From contig NC_079239.1 of assembly GCF_027921745.1 (NCBI RefSeq), positions 186,001 to 250,000 of the forward strand: a stretch of 64,000 bases of DNA. Reading direction: 5' to 3'. Position numbers and translations under genes: made by a program. The stretch comes from Schizosaccharomyces osmophilus. Taxonomy: Eukaryota. Every line of letters starts with the position of its first letter. The first letter of the stretch is position 1. Below, piece after piece: positions 22,883 through 35,883 of this stretch. The notes beneath the pieces are model-generated. The model was given only the letters and a program-made list of their open reading frames with translations. It was not told the DNA's origin and ran no database searches.

Positions 22883-24919
22883 TTACCAAGTGTCTTCGAA
22901 AAACCGATTTTCATCACGAAGACTTTTGATGCGCTTAGCGCCGTCCTCTTTCACAGTGGTAAGTATCGTAGCTAGAGCACTGGTAACGTCCTTAGCCATA
23001 TGTTCGGCATCACCACAAATGTAAAACCAGGCACCAGCGGCTATTAATTCATTAACAAGCGAAGATTGTTGAAGAAGTAGATGCTGGACATACACCTTCT
23101 GGTCTCGTTCACGGGAAAATGCAGTGTGTAATTCAAATGAGTCTTTCAATGATTTTGCATATGTGTCCCATTCTTCTTTGTACAAGAAGTCTGTATCCGA
23201 TCTTCGACACCCATAAAACAAAACTGTTTTGGCAACCTGCACGCCCTGAGCAGCCAAATGCGCACGTTCCATGACAAAACCACGGAAGGGAGCAATACCT
23301 GTGCCTGGTCCTACCATGATGATAGGGACTTCAGGAGGTGCTAAATGAAATGTAGACCTCTTGATAAACATCGGAATCCTACCAGACAATCTTTGCCGAG
23401 GACCTTCCAAGGAGTATTGCAACCCATTAGGGTGAGGAGCTGGTTCTCCATGTTGATGACGACAATGCGCAAGTAGATAATTCGTAGTCAAACCATAAAA
23501 AATATGATTCTGATCAACCCATTCTTTTTTGTCAACCACGGCTGTTACATGGACCTTATCAGGGTGAGCCAAATTACTCGATGAAATGGAATAATACCTG
23601 GGTTTTAAATGACCGAGGTTTTCCAAAAGCAAAGAGATTGGAACTTTGGTATAAGGGACACCAAAAGATACGCGACGAAGTACTTGTGCTAAGTTTAAAT
23701 GCATGTCAGCAACATTTGCTTTGAAGGAGTCCTTGTCGCTTCCAAGCTTAGTCAGTTCCTTCTTGGCTTCCTCTGTGGGAGCAAAAGGAGCAATTAAAAA
23801 GATCAATTGGCGGGAAACGATACCACAAATTTCAAAATAATAGCGAAATACGCTATCATAAGTAGTAGGGCTTAAAATAGGTAACTTATCCATAGGATTG
23901 AAAGGTTTCACAATGACCACCATGTTCCTTTTATCTTTCAAACCAAGAATGTCCAAAAGGTCATCCACAGCTTGAGATGGGTTCATAGGACAAATTGAAA
24001 CGTAATCACCTGTTTGATATTTCATGTTTGAACCAGCGATATCCAATTCCATATGGAGGCAATTACGGGTATCGTTTCTGAATAACTCACGAGAATTAAC
24101 AGGAGTGGAATGAAAAGGATTTGCTGGGGAATTAGGTGCTTGTGAAACTATTCCCTTGAGCTGCTGGCGACTAGACTCACCAAGGAAAACCGTTGGGCTT
24201 TCGGCGAATATATCAGGCTTTTCGATGACATTGTACATGGGTTTATATTCTTCATGTACTTCTTGAAGTTGGTATACTTTGGCAATTTCGGGGAAAACTT
24301 CGTCTTTCCATTGCAAATAGTCCTCTTCTAATAAACCGGCGGCATCGTCACCCAAACCTACGGGTCCAATACATTGGGCTCCTAAAGCGTTCAAAGCAGA
24401 ATCAACTCGCTTAGCCATGGCATTGTAATGTTCGTATGTGTGATTTCCTAAACCAAAAATAACATAACGGAGGTTTGCTAAGGGCCGATCTTCCGCCCCC
24501 TTTCCACTAGAGAAAATCGTGTCTTCGCTTTCAATCAGTTCCAAGAAATTTTCTGCATTGTCAGTTGGTTCACCTTCACCATAGGTAGCTAAGAAGAATA
24601 TCAAAAGTTTAGAAGTATTAAGCTTATCCAGGTCAGTAAAGTCAAGGTTCTCCAAGTCTTCGGTAGAGTTGGCAAACTTATACTTGGACTTGGCTTCTGT
24701 AGAAAAACGGTAAGCGAAATCTTCGGCGGTACCAGTTTGGGAACCAAAAAGTACCAAAGCATTCAAATTTTCCTCTTCCATTTTATCAGCAATTCCATTG
24801 TTGGATGAAACTGCTTCATGTTCGACGTTCTTGGTCCGACTGGAAAAGAAGTTGTATGCAAAATATCCAACAGTGATAATTAAAACGACAACGAGCACAA
24901 TAATATCTGTCGTCTTCAT
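22883..24919 (-). CDS. ccr1: NADPH-cytochrome P450 reductase
   Basis: N-terminal anchor, FMN motifs GSQTGTAE and [15 protein letters not shown] motif RYYSISS, NADPH motif [15 protein letters not shown]-terminal EDTW. Confidence 0.96.
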   Translation of the reverse strand: MKTTDIIVLVVVLIITVGYFAYNFFSSRTKNVEHEAVSSNNGIADKMEEENLNALVLFGSQTGTAEDFAYRFSTEAKSKYKFANSTEDLENLDFTDLDKLNTSKLLIFFLATYGEGEPTDNAENFLELIESEDTIFSSGKGAEDRPLANLRYVIFGLGNHTYEHYNAMAKRVDSALNALGAQCIGPVGLGDDAAGLLEEDYLQWKDEVFPEIAKVYQLQEVHEEYKPMYNVIEKPDIFAESPTVFLGESSRQQLKGIVSQAPNSPANPFHSTPVNSRELFRNDTRNCLHMELDIAGSNMKYQTGDYVSICPMNPSQAVDDLLDILGLKDKRNMVVIVKPFNPMDKLPILSPTTYDSVFRYYFEICGIVSRQLIFLIAPFAPTEEAKKELTKLGSDKDSFKANVADMHLNLAQVLRRVSFGVPYTKVPISLLLENLGHLKPRYYSISSSNLAHPDKVHVTAVVDKKEWVDQNHIFYGLTTNYLLAHCRHQHGEPAPHPNGLQYSLEGPRQRLSGRIPMFIKRSTFHLAPPEVPIIMVGPGTGIAPFRGFVMERAHLAAQGVQVAKTVLFYGCRRSDTDFLYKEEWDTYAKSLKDSFELHTAFSRERDQKVYVQHLLLQQSSLVNELIAAGAWFYICGDAEHMAKDVTSALATILTTVKEDGAKRIKSLRDENRFFEDTW

Positions 24920-26429
24920 GATTTACAGCCTGTATACTTTTTCAACGCTTATGAATTCTAGACGCGGCTATTTCTAGTAGTAGAAAGATATAGCAAAGAT
25001 AGGAGAGGAAAATGGCTTCTTAAACAAGAAAAGAGAATGAAGAATAAAAGAATGTAACAACTTTTCTCTATGAAGGTATGCAAGATTATGAACCAGGTGA
25101 CAACTTCCCTGTATTGCAAGTCAAACGATCCAGCGCTTGAGTTGTATCTTTTAGCTTTTTTAGCTTTTTGAGAGCAAGCAAACGACAGTGGGTTTCGATT
25201 ATTATGATATCTTTGAAACCGTTGTTACTATATTAAGGACTTTGCTTCTATTTAGAACAGCACTTTTTCGAGACAAAAATAGGCTTACAAAGATGAAAAG
25301 TCCAATGAAGATGCAAAATAAAAAAGCAACAGAGGGATAACGAATGTAGTCAAAAGAAAAGTGAAACTCAGCTCCTCGAAATTGGTAGAATCAAAAACAG
25401 CGCGTTGAGGGAATTGAAAATTAGTAAACCCAGATTATTCCCCTGGGTGCCTTCCTTCTACAAGAATTACGATCAAGCTTGTGGTTTCAGGTCAAGGATT
25501 GTTACTATTTCGTATCTACGAAATACAAGCGCACGGTGAAGGGAGAACTAAAATGTCTTTAGAGACGAAAGAAATAAATAGTGGAATTAAGGGAGATGAA
25601 GAAAAATGAAGAAAAGGCGACGAGAAGGGTATGTGATCGGTGCTCTGAACCCTCCGTGAATACTCATATATAGGATATGAATCTTTAGAATAGTTCGATT
25701 TTTTAAAAAACTAAACCTAATACATGTGAATGATGAAGAAAAAAAAATAGTAAGTTTTTGTGTATTTTTTAACGACCATTCAAGTTCCTATGTAGAATTA
25801 CTGATTTCGCATTCCATGATACAGACGAAAACAAAAATTGGCAGAAACACAATATGCAGGAAAAGAAAAAGATACTTTGTAATTGTTGATTGCTGATCTC
25901 TTGGTGCTTGACAAATTGGACTGTCAATACATGCTTTAACGGGATCTGTCAAGGTGCTGCTGTAACAAACACCATGAAAACAAGGCATCAAACGTTGGAA
26001 AGGAACCAAACTGCTTTCTGATTTTCCATGCTTGGGAATTTAAAAATCTACATGTAACAACAACATACGCTAGTAGTAGCGAGCTCGTTAAACTTTATAT
26101 TCATTGATTACTGTACAAAAATAAAGAAAAAACCTGTTTGAAGCATTGATACAACAAGAATGGAAGAAGGTCCTAAATTATAGACTGGGCACTCCATGGA
26201 ATACCTAGTCTAATGCTCAATCATAGACAAATGCTTCCAATATAACCATTTAGAACAAAGACATCGAGACTTGAATTCATAAAATCACGCTAAGGGAGGA
26301 ATAGAGAAAGAAAGGATTATAGCGTGAACAGGAGGAAAGGAACAAGACGTGTGTAAAGAAGGAATGGAGGTGAATAGAAAGAATACTTAGAAAATACAAA
26401 ATTTATATTTTCGAAAACATCACTGCCAT

Positions 26430-27260
26430 TTAAGCATTAGCAAGCTGCTGAGATTTACGGGTACGCTCCTGAAGAGCATCCAAGTAAGTAGTGCGAAGTT
26501 TGCGATTGGTAACGCCGCCAAATCCAAAGGCAGGGAGGATTCTAACGACACGGGCAAAAGTGCTTTTCAATAAGTTCTTCCGAATTTGGGCGATGCGGTT
26601 TGCAACACTAATGTTGGGACCGCCACGGTTGTAAATGTCGAGAGCCATCAAATGGAGGGGAGTGCTAACTAATTGCACAATACAGGGCGTAGCCAATTGA
26701 GCGGTAACAAGACCACCGGGCAAGTAGGGAGCAATCATGGGTGGAACGTTAAAAGAGAATGCAATGGTCAGGGCATCACGAAGACCATAAAGGCCATAAC
26801 TTTGCCAACCAAGAGGACGAGGAGTACCGGTGCCCCAGAATTTTGTGAAAAAGCTATCTTTGAGAATAGAGAGACCACTATTGGCAGCAGTGACGGAGGT
26901 GAATTTTACAAAACCCGTTGTTTCAGCCTTAAACACGGGATTATTATAACGAATGTTGTCTATGGTATCGATAGTATTAGCCGTCATATACGTGCCAGAA
27001 TAAATGGAAAAGACAAGGGCAAAAGGAAGGCTAAAAATAAAGGAATGGGGACGGGAAAGGATGCGTTTGAAGGAATGGGCGACCGACTGCAAGAGAGAGC
27101 TGCGACCACTCGTGTTTTCGACGATCGAACGGTCGATGGTAAGGATGAAAGGAGAAACCAAGGCACTGGCAGTCGTGGCTGCCATGGCATCTATACCGAC
27201 TCGTCTCCAAAAGTTGGAAGCGGGAGGCTTGTTAGCATGAATATGTGATTGATGATTCAT
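26430..27260 (-). CDS. Uncharacterised multi-pass membrane protein (S. pombe SPBC365.16-like), possibly a divergent mitochondrial carrier fold
   Basis: Start at ATG 27260 (MNHQSH); 276 aa; about six moderately hydrophobic helices; synteny. Confidence 0.78.
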   Translation of the reverse strand: MNHQSHIHANKPPASNFWRRVGIDAMAATTASALVSPFILTIDRSIVENTSGRSSLLQSVAHSFKRILSRPHSFIFSLPFALVFSIYSGTYMTANTIDTIDNIRYNNPVFKAETTGFVKFTSVTAANSGLSILKDSFFTKFWGTGTPRPLGWQSYGLYGLRDALTIAFSFNVPPMIAPYLPGGLVTAQLATPCIVQLVSTPLHLMALDIYNRGGPNISVANRIAQIRKNLLKSTFARVVRILPAFGFGGVTNRKLRTTYLDALQERTRKSQQLANA

Positions 27261-28060
27261 AGTCGTTGACAACAAAAACAAAGAAACTTGAAAAAAAAAA
27301 AAAAAGGTTTTTAAACGAATGGAATCTAAGAAAATCTCCAAGAACAAGAAAAAGAAAGATCTTCGCGTCAAGTCAAAAACAAAACAGTCAAGGAAATCTA
27401 GAGGGATTTGACTGTTTAGAAAAACTAATCAAGAAATAAATTAAGCACGCGTAAGAATAAAATATATCCCAAGGTATATATATTTAAATATAAAGAGTGG
27501 TATAAAAAGGAAGAAATCCCGAGATTACGCAGCAAGTTAACCAAATAACTCTATCAAAAAGAAAAACTGCTCCTCTCTATTGATAAAAGCCAAGAAGCTC
27601 AAAACAAAAAAAAACCAACTTATTAAAGACAAACGTTGTTTGTCCAGCAATTGCAGCAAGGACGCAAAAGAATCCCCAAATTTACAGCAGAAACGAATTT
27701 ACAAAGGAAACCGACAAGTTTAGATTGCAAGGAATCTAACAGAATCTTTTTTTTAGCAAAAAACGCAAAGAAAACAAAACCCAACTTCAAAAATGAACGG
27801 ATTGGTATAGGCTAAAGGACTGTCAAGACAATCGGTCAGACCGGGTTTCACGTCAGAACACTAGCAGCCGCTAAGGAAAATGTGAGGAAGAAGGGAAGGA
27901 ATCTTCCCTCTTTATATTGGACGAAGGGTAGATTAAATTTTTCAGAACCGGTCGAAATTCCTTCGCAATCTCGCTATAACGCATCCCAAGACATTGTTTT
28001 GATAAAAAAATCTGATGGTTCTTTAGATATAATATGGATTAGTTTTATAGCAGTCAGATG

Positions 28061-28090
28061 AAGTCAAATAAAGTCGAATAAAGTCGAATA
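28061..28090. repeat. Three near-identical 10-bp tandem repeats (AAGTC(A/G)AATA)
   Basis: aagtcaaata aagtcgaata aagtcgaata read directly. Confidence 0.75.
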
Positions 28091-29135
28091 GAGAGACATA
28101 CAGACGGTGGGTATATTGAATTCACTGTCCACTCTGCTGTCGCTTGTTCTCATCTTTTACAGATGCAATCATGGAAAATTTGCCTATGTAAGATTCCTTA
28201 AAAAAGCAAATCCAACTTGCAATTTTCAAACCAGCTTCAGAAGGATCCTTTCGATTCTACATTATTCGCTTTCTTTTATCTCCTTCGGTATTTGATTTTG
28301 CTTTTTCGCAGTTTAACCCTTGCGTGCTGTTGCATCACTTTCCTGATTAAGAAAATTTTCATTCTTCTTGTTACTATGATCACCCATGATTTCCAGCAAA
28401 GCGAGACATGTAGGTAGCGAAAGAGGTCAGCAGAAAGGGAAACAATAGTATATCGAATGGCAGATTAAGCCATTGTAGGCCATTATTCATTGATCTCTTA
28501 GCGAATGGATCCATTCAAATATTTCTTGACACTCAGTTCCCATTCATCGGTTGCAATTCCCTAGCCTAAATTTGCAAGGGTTTCCTTCCAACGGCGTATC
28601 ATCATCGCACCAGATTCATGGTTGATTATCGCTTCCATTCTTTTTCTGCACTTTCTTACACGATTACTTAAACTTTTTTCTTCTCGGCTGATACGATGCT
28701 TGATAACGTTCTTTTTGCGAAGCAGAATTTTTGGTTTGAAAAGTTAGATTCTGTATTCGAGCGTTGGGGATCCGTTTAACTTTTGTCAAGCAAGTTAAAG
28801 TTGTGGAGTTCCGACTCTGGCTTACATCCATGTTTGGAAAATCTCTTTTCTTCATCTTTCGTTTTCTCATAGTTTTTGCCATTTTCCTTGTATAGAAAAG
28901 ATTAAATGATATGTAGTACTTCCATCTTTTTCTTTTTCTTTTTCCTTTTTTTTTTTTTGGATCCTTATTTTCTTCAAATTCCCTTTCCTAGACATCGCAT
29001 TATAGTTGCAAGACGGACAATAGTAGAATATGCCATTGTACAAGTCAAGTCGCAAGTCTATATAGCTTGGACCAACATGGCTAGCCATCCTGTTTACTTT
29101 CTCATAAATAGTTTATTTTCCCTTAAACACATAAA

Positions 29136-31469
29136 CTAGGTAGACAGCCTCATAACCAGATTCAACAACGCTGCCGTCTCTGTACTCGCGTAAAAGTTGC
29201 AAGCATCCATCAGAACCCGCAAATGATGAGCAAAGTTCTCTTCATATCGCTTTAAAATTTCTTCCATCTTGTCCATCCGTACATCGTCGTAGGACTCTTC
29301 GCCTGTCTCTGCGAGTTGCAATGACCTTGTAAATGAGCTAGTATACGATGCAAACATGCCACATGTTCCTAGCAATTTCGCGTTCACCTTTAATAGCTTA
29401 GAATTCGTCAACATGCATTCCTTTAAGCAAGTATCCAAAAAATCAACATGTTCTTGCATTAAATTATCCACGGTACGCGCGTGTTCTATACTCTTCATAA
29501 ACACAGGCCAATGTGTTTCTATGACTTCGTTCATACTGTAATAACGAATTTTCTGTATCAGCGTAAGCATACGGGTTCGCATAAACCACGCCTTCTTCTT
29601 CCATCGCTCAATCCGGGGAAAGGGCGACTTGTTTTTCCAAGTGGGTTTCTTGCTATGATGGAGCCAACTGTTTTCCAATTGCATTTCCACACGCTTCACC
29701 ATCAAGAAAAAGCGAAACAATAACTGATATCGAATAATTGCCTTTCGTGATAAAATCAAAGACAAGGGAAACGGAACTTTATATCCAAATTGCATCGCTT
29801 CAAACCCATCAATTTCTTTTTCTGTTGTTCCTTTCGAAGACGAACTTTGACTCTTTTGGTCACTCCCACTATCCATTCGATTCGTGAAATGATCCATCAT
29901 TCCCTTTTCGCTCTGTACCAATGCCGAATCCTCCAGTCCACTAATGCTCACGATATGCATCAACCAGTCAATCAAAGATGTCTGATTCAATTCAAGCGTT
30001 AGGTACTCCTTAAATGGGTCGACAGCTGTGATTGTTCCCGGTTGCCGGAGGGACAAGTCCAGCTGCGACTGCAGCTTGGTCGCAGAAATAAGCTTTACAG
30101 GTTTTCGCAATTCTTGCTGCGCTGTATCCAAAAAGGTAGAGAAAAAGTCAGACTGATCCAAAAAGAAATAGTGTTTCAAAGCATGCAAGTGACTGTACAG
30201 CGATTGTGAAGATTGCAGCAACAGAAGCAGTGACTCATTTGCATAGACATAAGCATCTATAATGTTTTTGGTGAAATTCTCATCTTCTAAAGTATCCGGC
30301 CATCCAGGATTTTCTTCTTCAGGATTGGCCGCCAAAGTCTGGCTAACATTATCCCCAGACGCCTGTTTGCATTCAATTACAACATTCAAGTATTTTCCTG
30401 CAAGCAAAACCTTGTCTTTTAGCTGGGAAAGTTGCGCGGGAACCTGATCTTCACGAATAACATAGCGCTTTTCCCAATATTCGTCTGTATAGTCATCGTC
30501 AAGTCTTTGTGAAGTTAGACTCCTGTGAGATTTAATCATAAACTCTTCATACGGATCGTCAATTTTGCCCTCGTGAATCCAAGAATTCAAAAATCTCATA
30601 TACGGCCGTGAGGACTCTCGGAGAAGAAATGTCAAAATGTTTCGAGCTATAGGGTCACCAGCAAAATTCGTTAGGGCATCTGTCAAGTAGGTCAGAACAC
30701 GACCACCTTTACAGACTTTTTTTCTCGATATTGAGCTCTGCATAATTTGAGAGATATCATTTCCCTGGTTGAGCTTTTCAAGTAAATCGTCTATATTGTC
30801 CAAACCCATGTCATCCTCCTGCTGATCATGCTCTGTTGACAAAACCAGATCGCGTATGATAAAGTACACTAGTTTCATAGAGCGAAAAGTAGGTAATATA
30901 TATAAACGAAGAGTTTGCAAAGAAAATCCAGGATCCACTTGACACCTGTGTTCGCATTGCATGAGTAGTACAAGATAATCTGATATAAACCTTCTTAAAG
31001 CCGCACACAAAGCATGGTTTATATACCCATAGTCGAACTGACTTCTGGATTCAATAAATGTTACGATACTCAAGTAGTAGGAGCCCAATTCCAGAGTTTC
31101 GGAAATGATATCCTTAAGCCCCAAATCGAAACCAGGACAAATAGTAAAAGATGGAGGAGAAACGATCTTTTGTGAGTGGGATAAGCTAGACGCATCCTGT
31201 AAATGAATATAGTTTCCCTCCATGCCCATAAATGCATTCAAAAGCTCATCAATCAAGCACTTTTCTTGGTCGCGTAGAGATAATTCGGATGGGTTCCTCG
31301 TAATTTTTCCATAATGCAAATAATTTGACTGGGATCTTGTAATGAGCGGTGATTCGGCATCCTGAATCAACTGGACCTGATATACATTTTGCTCATGAGG
31401 AAAACTCTTGGAAGGTGACTCTAATCCCGTGTCTTCATTAGAGTGCACAGACGTGTTTGAACGAACCAT
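29136..31469 (-). CDS. alp4: Gamma-tubulin complex GCP2/Spc97 subunit Alp4
   Basis: GRIP1/GRIP2 motifs WIHEGKIDDPYEEFMI, DEYWEKRY, KVLLAGKYLNVV, YKVPFPLSLILSR, HVDFLDTCLKECML. Confidence 0.93.
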   Translation of the reverse strand: MVRSNTSVHSNEDTGLESPSKSFPHEQNVYQVQLIQDAESPLITRSQSNYLHYGKITRNPSELSLRDQEKCLIDELLNAFMGMEGNYIHLQDASSLSHSQKIVSPPSFTICPGFDLGLKDIISETLELGSYYLSIVTFIESRSQFDYGYINHALCAALRRFISDYLVLLMQCEHRCQVDPGFSLQTLRLYILPTFRSMKLVYFIIRDLVLSTEHDQQEDDMGLDNIDDLLEKLNQGNDISQIMQSSISRKKVCKGGRVLTYLTDALTNFAGDPIARNILTFLLRESSRPYMRFLNSWIHEGKIDDPYEEFMIKSHRSLTSQRLDDDYTDEYWEKRYVIREDQVPAQLSQLKDKVLLAGKYLNVVIECKQASGDNVSQTLAANPEEENPGWPDTLEDENFTKNIIDAYVYANESLLLLLQSSQSLYSHLHALKHYFFLDQSDFFSTFLDTAQQELRKPVKLISATKLQSQLDLSLRQPGTITAVDPFKEYLTLELNQTSLIDWLMHIVSISGLEDSALVQSEKGMMDHFTNRMDSGSDQKSQSSSSKGTTEKEIDGFEAMQFGYKVPFPLSLILSRKAIIRYQLLFRFFLMVKRVEMQLENSWLHHSKKPTWKNKSPFPRIERWKKKAWFMRTRMLTLIQKIRYYSMNEVIETHWPVFMKSIEHARTVDNLMQEHVDFLDTCLKECMLTNSKLLKVNAKLLGTCGMFASYTSSFTRSLQLAETGEESYDDVRMDKMEEILKRYEENFAHHLRVLMDACNFYASTETAALLNLVMRLST

Positions 31470-32573
31470 GAGATTTTTATGATGAACAGATTAAGAAGAT
31501 AAGCTAAAGAAAGTCTAATGTTTGTAGAAGGAATCTCAAAAGGGAATCAAAACTATGCCTTTCAATCATGCGATAAAGTAAGAATTAAAAACTTTCTTGT
31601 ATTAACTTTTTATTTTTTAATAAGAGAGATTCTTTTCAACACAATCGAGCTGGATAAAAGCACAAATGAAAAAGCACCGTTTCACATGTATGCACGATGC
31701 TAAGGAGTATATAGGCCATACGAAAATGTCAGAGAAGAGTCATTAGGTGCAGGGGAAACATAGAAAAGACATGTAGTCAATTCACTATAGAATATTAAAT
31801 AAGAATTCATATTTTGCATGCGTAGCATCGCTCCCATTGTGAAGCTTCTTTTCCTACTTTTTCGTCTACGAAATTGTGGATTCCAGAATAACCGTGCAAT
31901 TTTTTGTATTTCTTAAAAAGAAAAAGAAATAAAAAATAAAACTAGAACAAATAGATCTCAAGCGCATTCTGAAAAGTTATATGCTTGTTTCCTCTTTCGA
32001 TTACACGACAATTGACAGTTAACCATTTCCTAAATCTAAATTCAAGCTGAATGCTATTTTATGTACTTAAAAATATCTATCCATTGAATAATCATCGTTT
32101 CCTTATAACTTGCATTTTTATCTTTGTTTACCTGCAAATCTGATATCTCGAAATTTTTTTCGTTTGTTGGCAGTCACCACCACACCTTTCCACATTGATA
32201 AAATGCTTATATTTTCTCCCTGAAGTATAAATTGCTTCGTTCTTACGTGAAAACAATAGAATGCTTCTTTACTAGGCTCCTTTTATTGAGATTTTAAGCT
32301 CCCATGCACCATGCTTTGCTTTGCTTTGCTTTCGTAGCCGTATAGACTTCCTTAGCAGTATTTCTGTTTGTAGCACACTATGAAAATACCTTGAGTACTC
32401 TTCATATAAAGACGTAATGATTTTTAATTACAGTTTAATGTAAAGCTTTGCAATAAACAAAGTCAACTTTGTGTAATTCAGCCGGATTCTCATTATTCGT
32501 TATAGTAGAACATATATAACCCCAACAAAACACAACAACTTTTAAATTATTGAAATTCGACAGTTTTCTAAGA

Positions 32574-33911
32574 ATGGTAAGATGAATTACAAGAAGTTTC
32601 ATTTATTAAATAAAAATGGCGATATTAACTTTTGACATAGACTTGGGAAACTAGTAATACTGTCTTAGTGACCGGCGGCGCTGGATATATTGGCTCTCAC
32701 ACGGTAAGTGACTAGTAAATAAGGATTTTCGATTGGCTTAGAATAGAAAGATTTAATTTCTTTTTGTTTCATTGCCTTTCATGAAGTGTACAGACATGAA
32801 GCCTTAAAATGGAAATGTAGTTCTTTATTCACAACGATACCTTTACCTTTCCATCAAAGTAGATTTATCGAATTAAAATGCTTATGCTAATCCGTTGTAG
32901 GTAATTGTCTTGCTGGAAAAGGGATATAATGTCGTTATTGTTGACAATTTATGCAATTCCAGATATGAAGCCATCAAGCGAATCCAAAAGTTGACAGGAA
33001 GAGACCTTATTTTTTACAAGGTGGATTTGTTGAATGAGAAAGACTTGGACGAGGTCTTCGTGAAACACCCCATTTCCTCTGTTATCCATTTTGCAGGGTT
33101 AAAGGCAGTGGGCGAGTCTGTCAAGATCCCTTTGGCCTATTACAAAAATAACATTACTGGCACTGTTCATTTGTTGGAATGCATGAAGAGACATAATGTG
33201 AGAGATTTTGTTTTTTCTTCTTCTGCAACAGTTTATGGTGATCCCACTCGTCCAGGCGGAACCATTCCTATTCCAGAGTCCTGTCCTCGTGAAGCTGCCA
33301 ATCCCTATGGGAAAACCAAGCTCTTCATTGAAAACCTTATTGAGGATGAGAGCAAAGCTTCCGGATCGCTCAACGCCGCACTTCTCCGCTACTTCAATCC
33401 TGGAGGTGCTCACCCAACTGGTGAATTGGGTGAAGACCCTCTGGGCATCCCTAACAATCTCATTCCTTACATTGCGCAAGTTGCGGTTGGCCGTCGGGAG
33501 TATTTGAGCGTCTTTGGGAATGATTATCCAACACCCGATGGAACTCCTATTCGAGACTACATTCACGTTTGCGATCTCGCAGACGCTCACGTTGCTTCTT
33601 TAGCCTATTTGCAACGTAATTATGTTGGATGCCGTGCTTGGAATTTGGGCTCTGGAACTGGCAGCACTGTTTTACAGATTCATCATGCCTTTTCCAAGGC
33701 AGTGGGAATGGAACTTCCTTACGAGATTACCCCTAGGCGAGACGGCGACGTCGTCAATTTGACAGCCGATCCAAAGCGCGCTAATGAAGAGCTCGAGTGG
33801 AAGACCAATCGAAGCATTGATGAAATTTGCGCTGATGTCTGGAAATGGCAACGTAAGCATCCATATGGATTTGACTTTTATAAGGCAAACTCCAGTGCCA
33901 ATTCCAATTAG
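32574..33911 (+). CDS. uge1: UDP-glucose 4-epimerase, 3 exons (first coding exon is only the ATG)
   Basis: Exons 32574-32576, 32641-32703 (TVLVTGGAGYIGSHT, NAD-binding) and 32901-33911. Introns GTAAGA..TTAAC..TAG and GTAAGT..CTAAT..TAG. Catalytic YGKTK; 358 aa. Confidence 0.9.
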
Positions 33912-34618
33912 ATTTACTTCAATGTATGATGATGACAAACTGGGAAAAGGTCGTGATTGAAAATTTCCACCGGCTTATTTCTTTTACGTATCACTCTTTA
34001 TTGAATTTGCTCCTGTTTATACTATTAATTATTTAACTCGCGAGTTAGCCATGGGTTGAAGGGCTTTTGTTTTTATTTCCTGTCGGATTAATGTACGTGA
34101 TCTACACTCGTTTCGACATATTGTACATAGTTTTGTGTCTTTTCACACTTTTTCACACTTTTTAATTATGTAATTTGTAATTAAGAAGTTTTCTATTTCT
34201 ATTTCTTCTCTTTTATTGTTTGAGCGAAAAAAAGCTAGTTCATGCTTGCATTCCTCAACTCTTTTAATAAATTTTTAATTGCGGCCATCCTTGGAATAGG
34301 TTCAATTATTCTATCTATTTTATTTTTATAATTATTTTTTTGTTTTCCTAAATATCTTTTTGTACACAGATTTGCATTGCAACATGAAAAAGGGCAAATT
34401 ACCCCGGTAGCGACAAGCATACATGTAGAAATCAATGAAAGACATATGGTTATTCTTTATTTGTATTTTAATTTGAAGTTTTTCTTTACAAAGTGCGTTC
34501 TTGGTATAAGCGTTGTAAACCCAGGATAAGGATTATGCTACAGGTATTCATCCAGTCGCCCAGAATACCAACACTGTTGACATTCCACAAAGGATACTAT
34601 CATCTATATTTGCCTATC

Positions 34619-35883
34619 ATGCCGGGAAAAGAGAGTTTAGAAGAAGAAAAAAATAAGCAGTTGGAAGAAAAAAGCAGCGAAGCTTCCAAAACCGAGGATA
34701 ATATGGCGACAAAACGTAAACACGAATCAAACGAAGAACACGAAGAGATTCCCGAGAAGAAACCAAAAGAAACAAATGTAGAAGAAAAGAATGAAGCAGA
34801 GAATGAAGAGACGAACGAACGAATGAGGACTATAGATTTGGTAAGTGCTAGCGGTGGTCGTTTTGATACAGCTACATAAAGTTATTCAAGAGTATAACAA
34901 ACAAAAGCTAACAATTTATTTAGAAAAAGGATCAAGGCGAATCACCCGTCAAAAAACCTGTGAAACAAACGGAAGAGAAAGTGGCGGATGAAGCAAGTCC
35001 CTCAAAGCCTGAAGAAAAAGCAAGTTCAGGAGAAGAGGAACCTAAAAACGAAAGTAAAGAAAAAGTAGATCCACCGTCGAAAGCAAGCCCCAAGTTTTCT
35101 AGTTTCTCCAAGTTTGCATCCTTTTCTAACTCATCCTCTTCTCCGTTCGCGTCTATATCAAATTCGCAAGCACCAGAAAAGAAAGAAGAAGCCTCTCCTT
35201 CAAAAGCACCGTCGTTTGGCGCAAAATATGCGAACCTTAGCATGAACGACATCTTGGCGAGCACCAAGCAAACTAGCAAAGAGGAAGCCGCGGATGAGAA
35301 GCAACAAAGTCAGAAACAAGAAAAGAAAAGTTTTGAAGAATTATTGGCAAATGAAACTCCCAGCGATTCAGCTGCAACCCCTGAAGCTACTGAGGATGCA
35401 TCAGCTGGTACGAAAGCTGAAACAGAAGGGTTATCTGATAAAAATGGCGTTCAAATTAATCAGTTAAGTGAGAATGAAATGATCACTGGTGAAGAAAAGG
35501 AAAAGACTCTTTATAGCATTCGTGCTCGATTGTATGTTGTTGACGGAGAAAAGAAGATATGGAAGGAGCGTGGTCATGGAGTTTTAAAAGTGAATGTTCC
35601 TCTCGAAGGATCTGAAGGAGCTCATCGTTTGGTCATGCGAAATGATGCCGTTCACCGGGTCATTATGAACGTTCCTTTATTTCAAGGAATGTCTGAGCAA
35701 GCATTCCAGATTGCTTCAGCATCTAGCGGCGGTTTCGCAAATTATGTGAAGATTTTCGTAATTGAAAATGGAAAGTCCGTTTTATACGCAGTCCATGTCA
35801 AAGACAACGAGTCGGCGAGCCAACTCAGAGATCATATCGTGGCAGCCATTCCAAAGCAAGATAAAGACAGCAAGAAAGAATAG
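34619..35883 (+). CDS. hba1: Ran-binding-domain protein Hba1 (RanBP3/Yrb2-like), 2 exons
   Basis: Exons 34619-34840 and 34924-35883 (intron GTAAGT..CTAAC..TAG). RanBD TGEEKE..WKERGHG..RLVMR; 393 aa. Confidence 0.88.

Noticed and set aside
25110..25288. Possible 5' UTR intron in ccr1 (minus strand GTAAGC..TTGAC..CAG)
   Set aside because: The branch site is weak and the TSS unknown; not supportable without RNA data.
26673..27248. 191-aa + strand ORF antisense to the orphan membrane gene
   Set aside because: Non-ATG start, no recognisable domain; best explained as a shadow of codon bias on the opposite strand.
27276..27285. Perfect Ste11 TR-box TTCTTTGTTT (also at 43429-43438)
   Set aside because: Single copies in T-rich leaders of genes with no mating link; expected by chance in such tracts.
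31714..31722. GGCCATAC, similar to the 5S rRNA 5' end
   Set aside because: The remainder does not resemble 5S rRNA; no internal promoter boxes.
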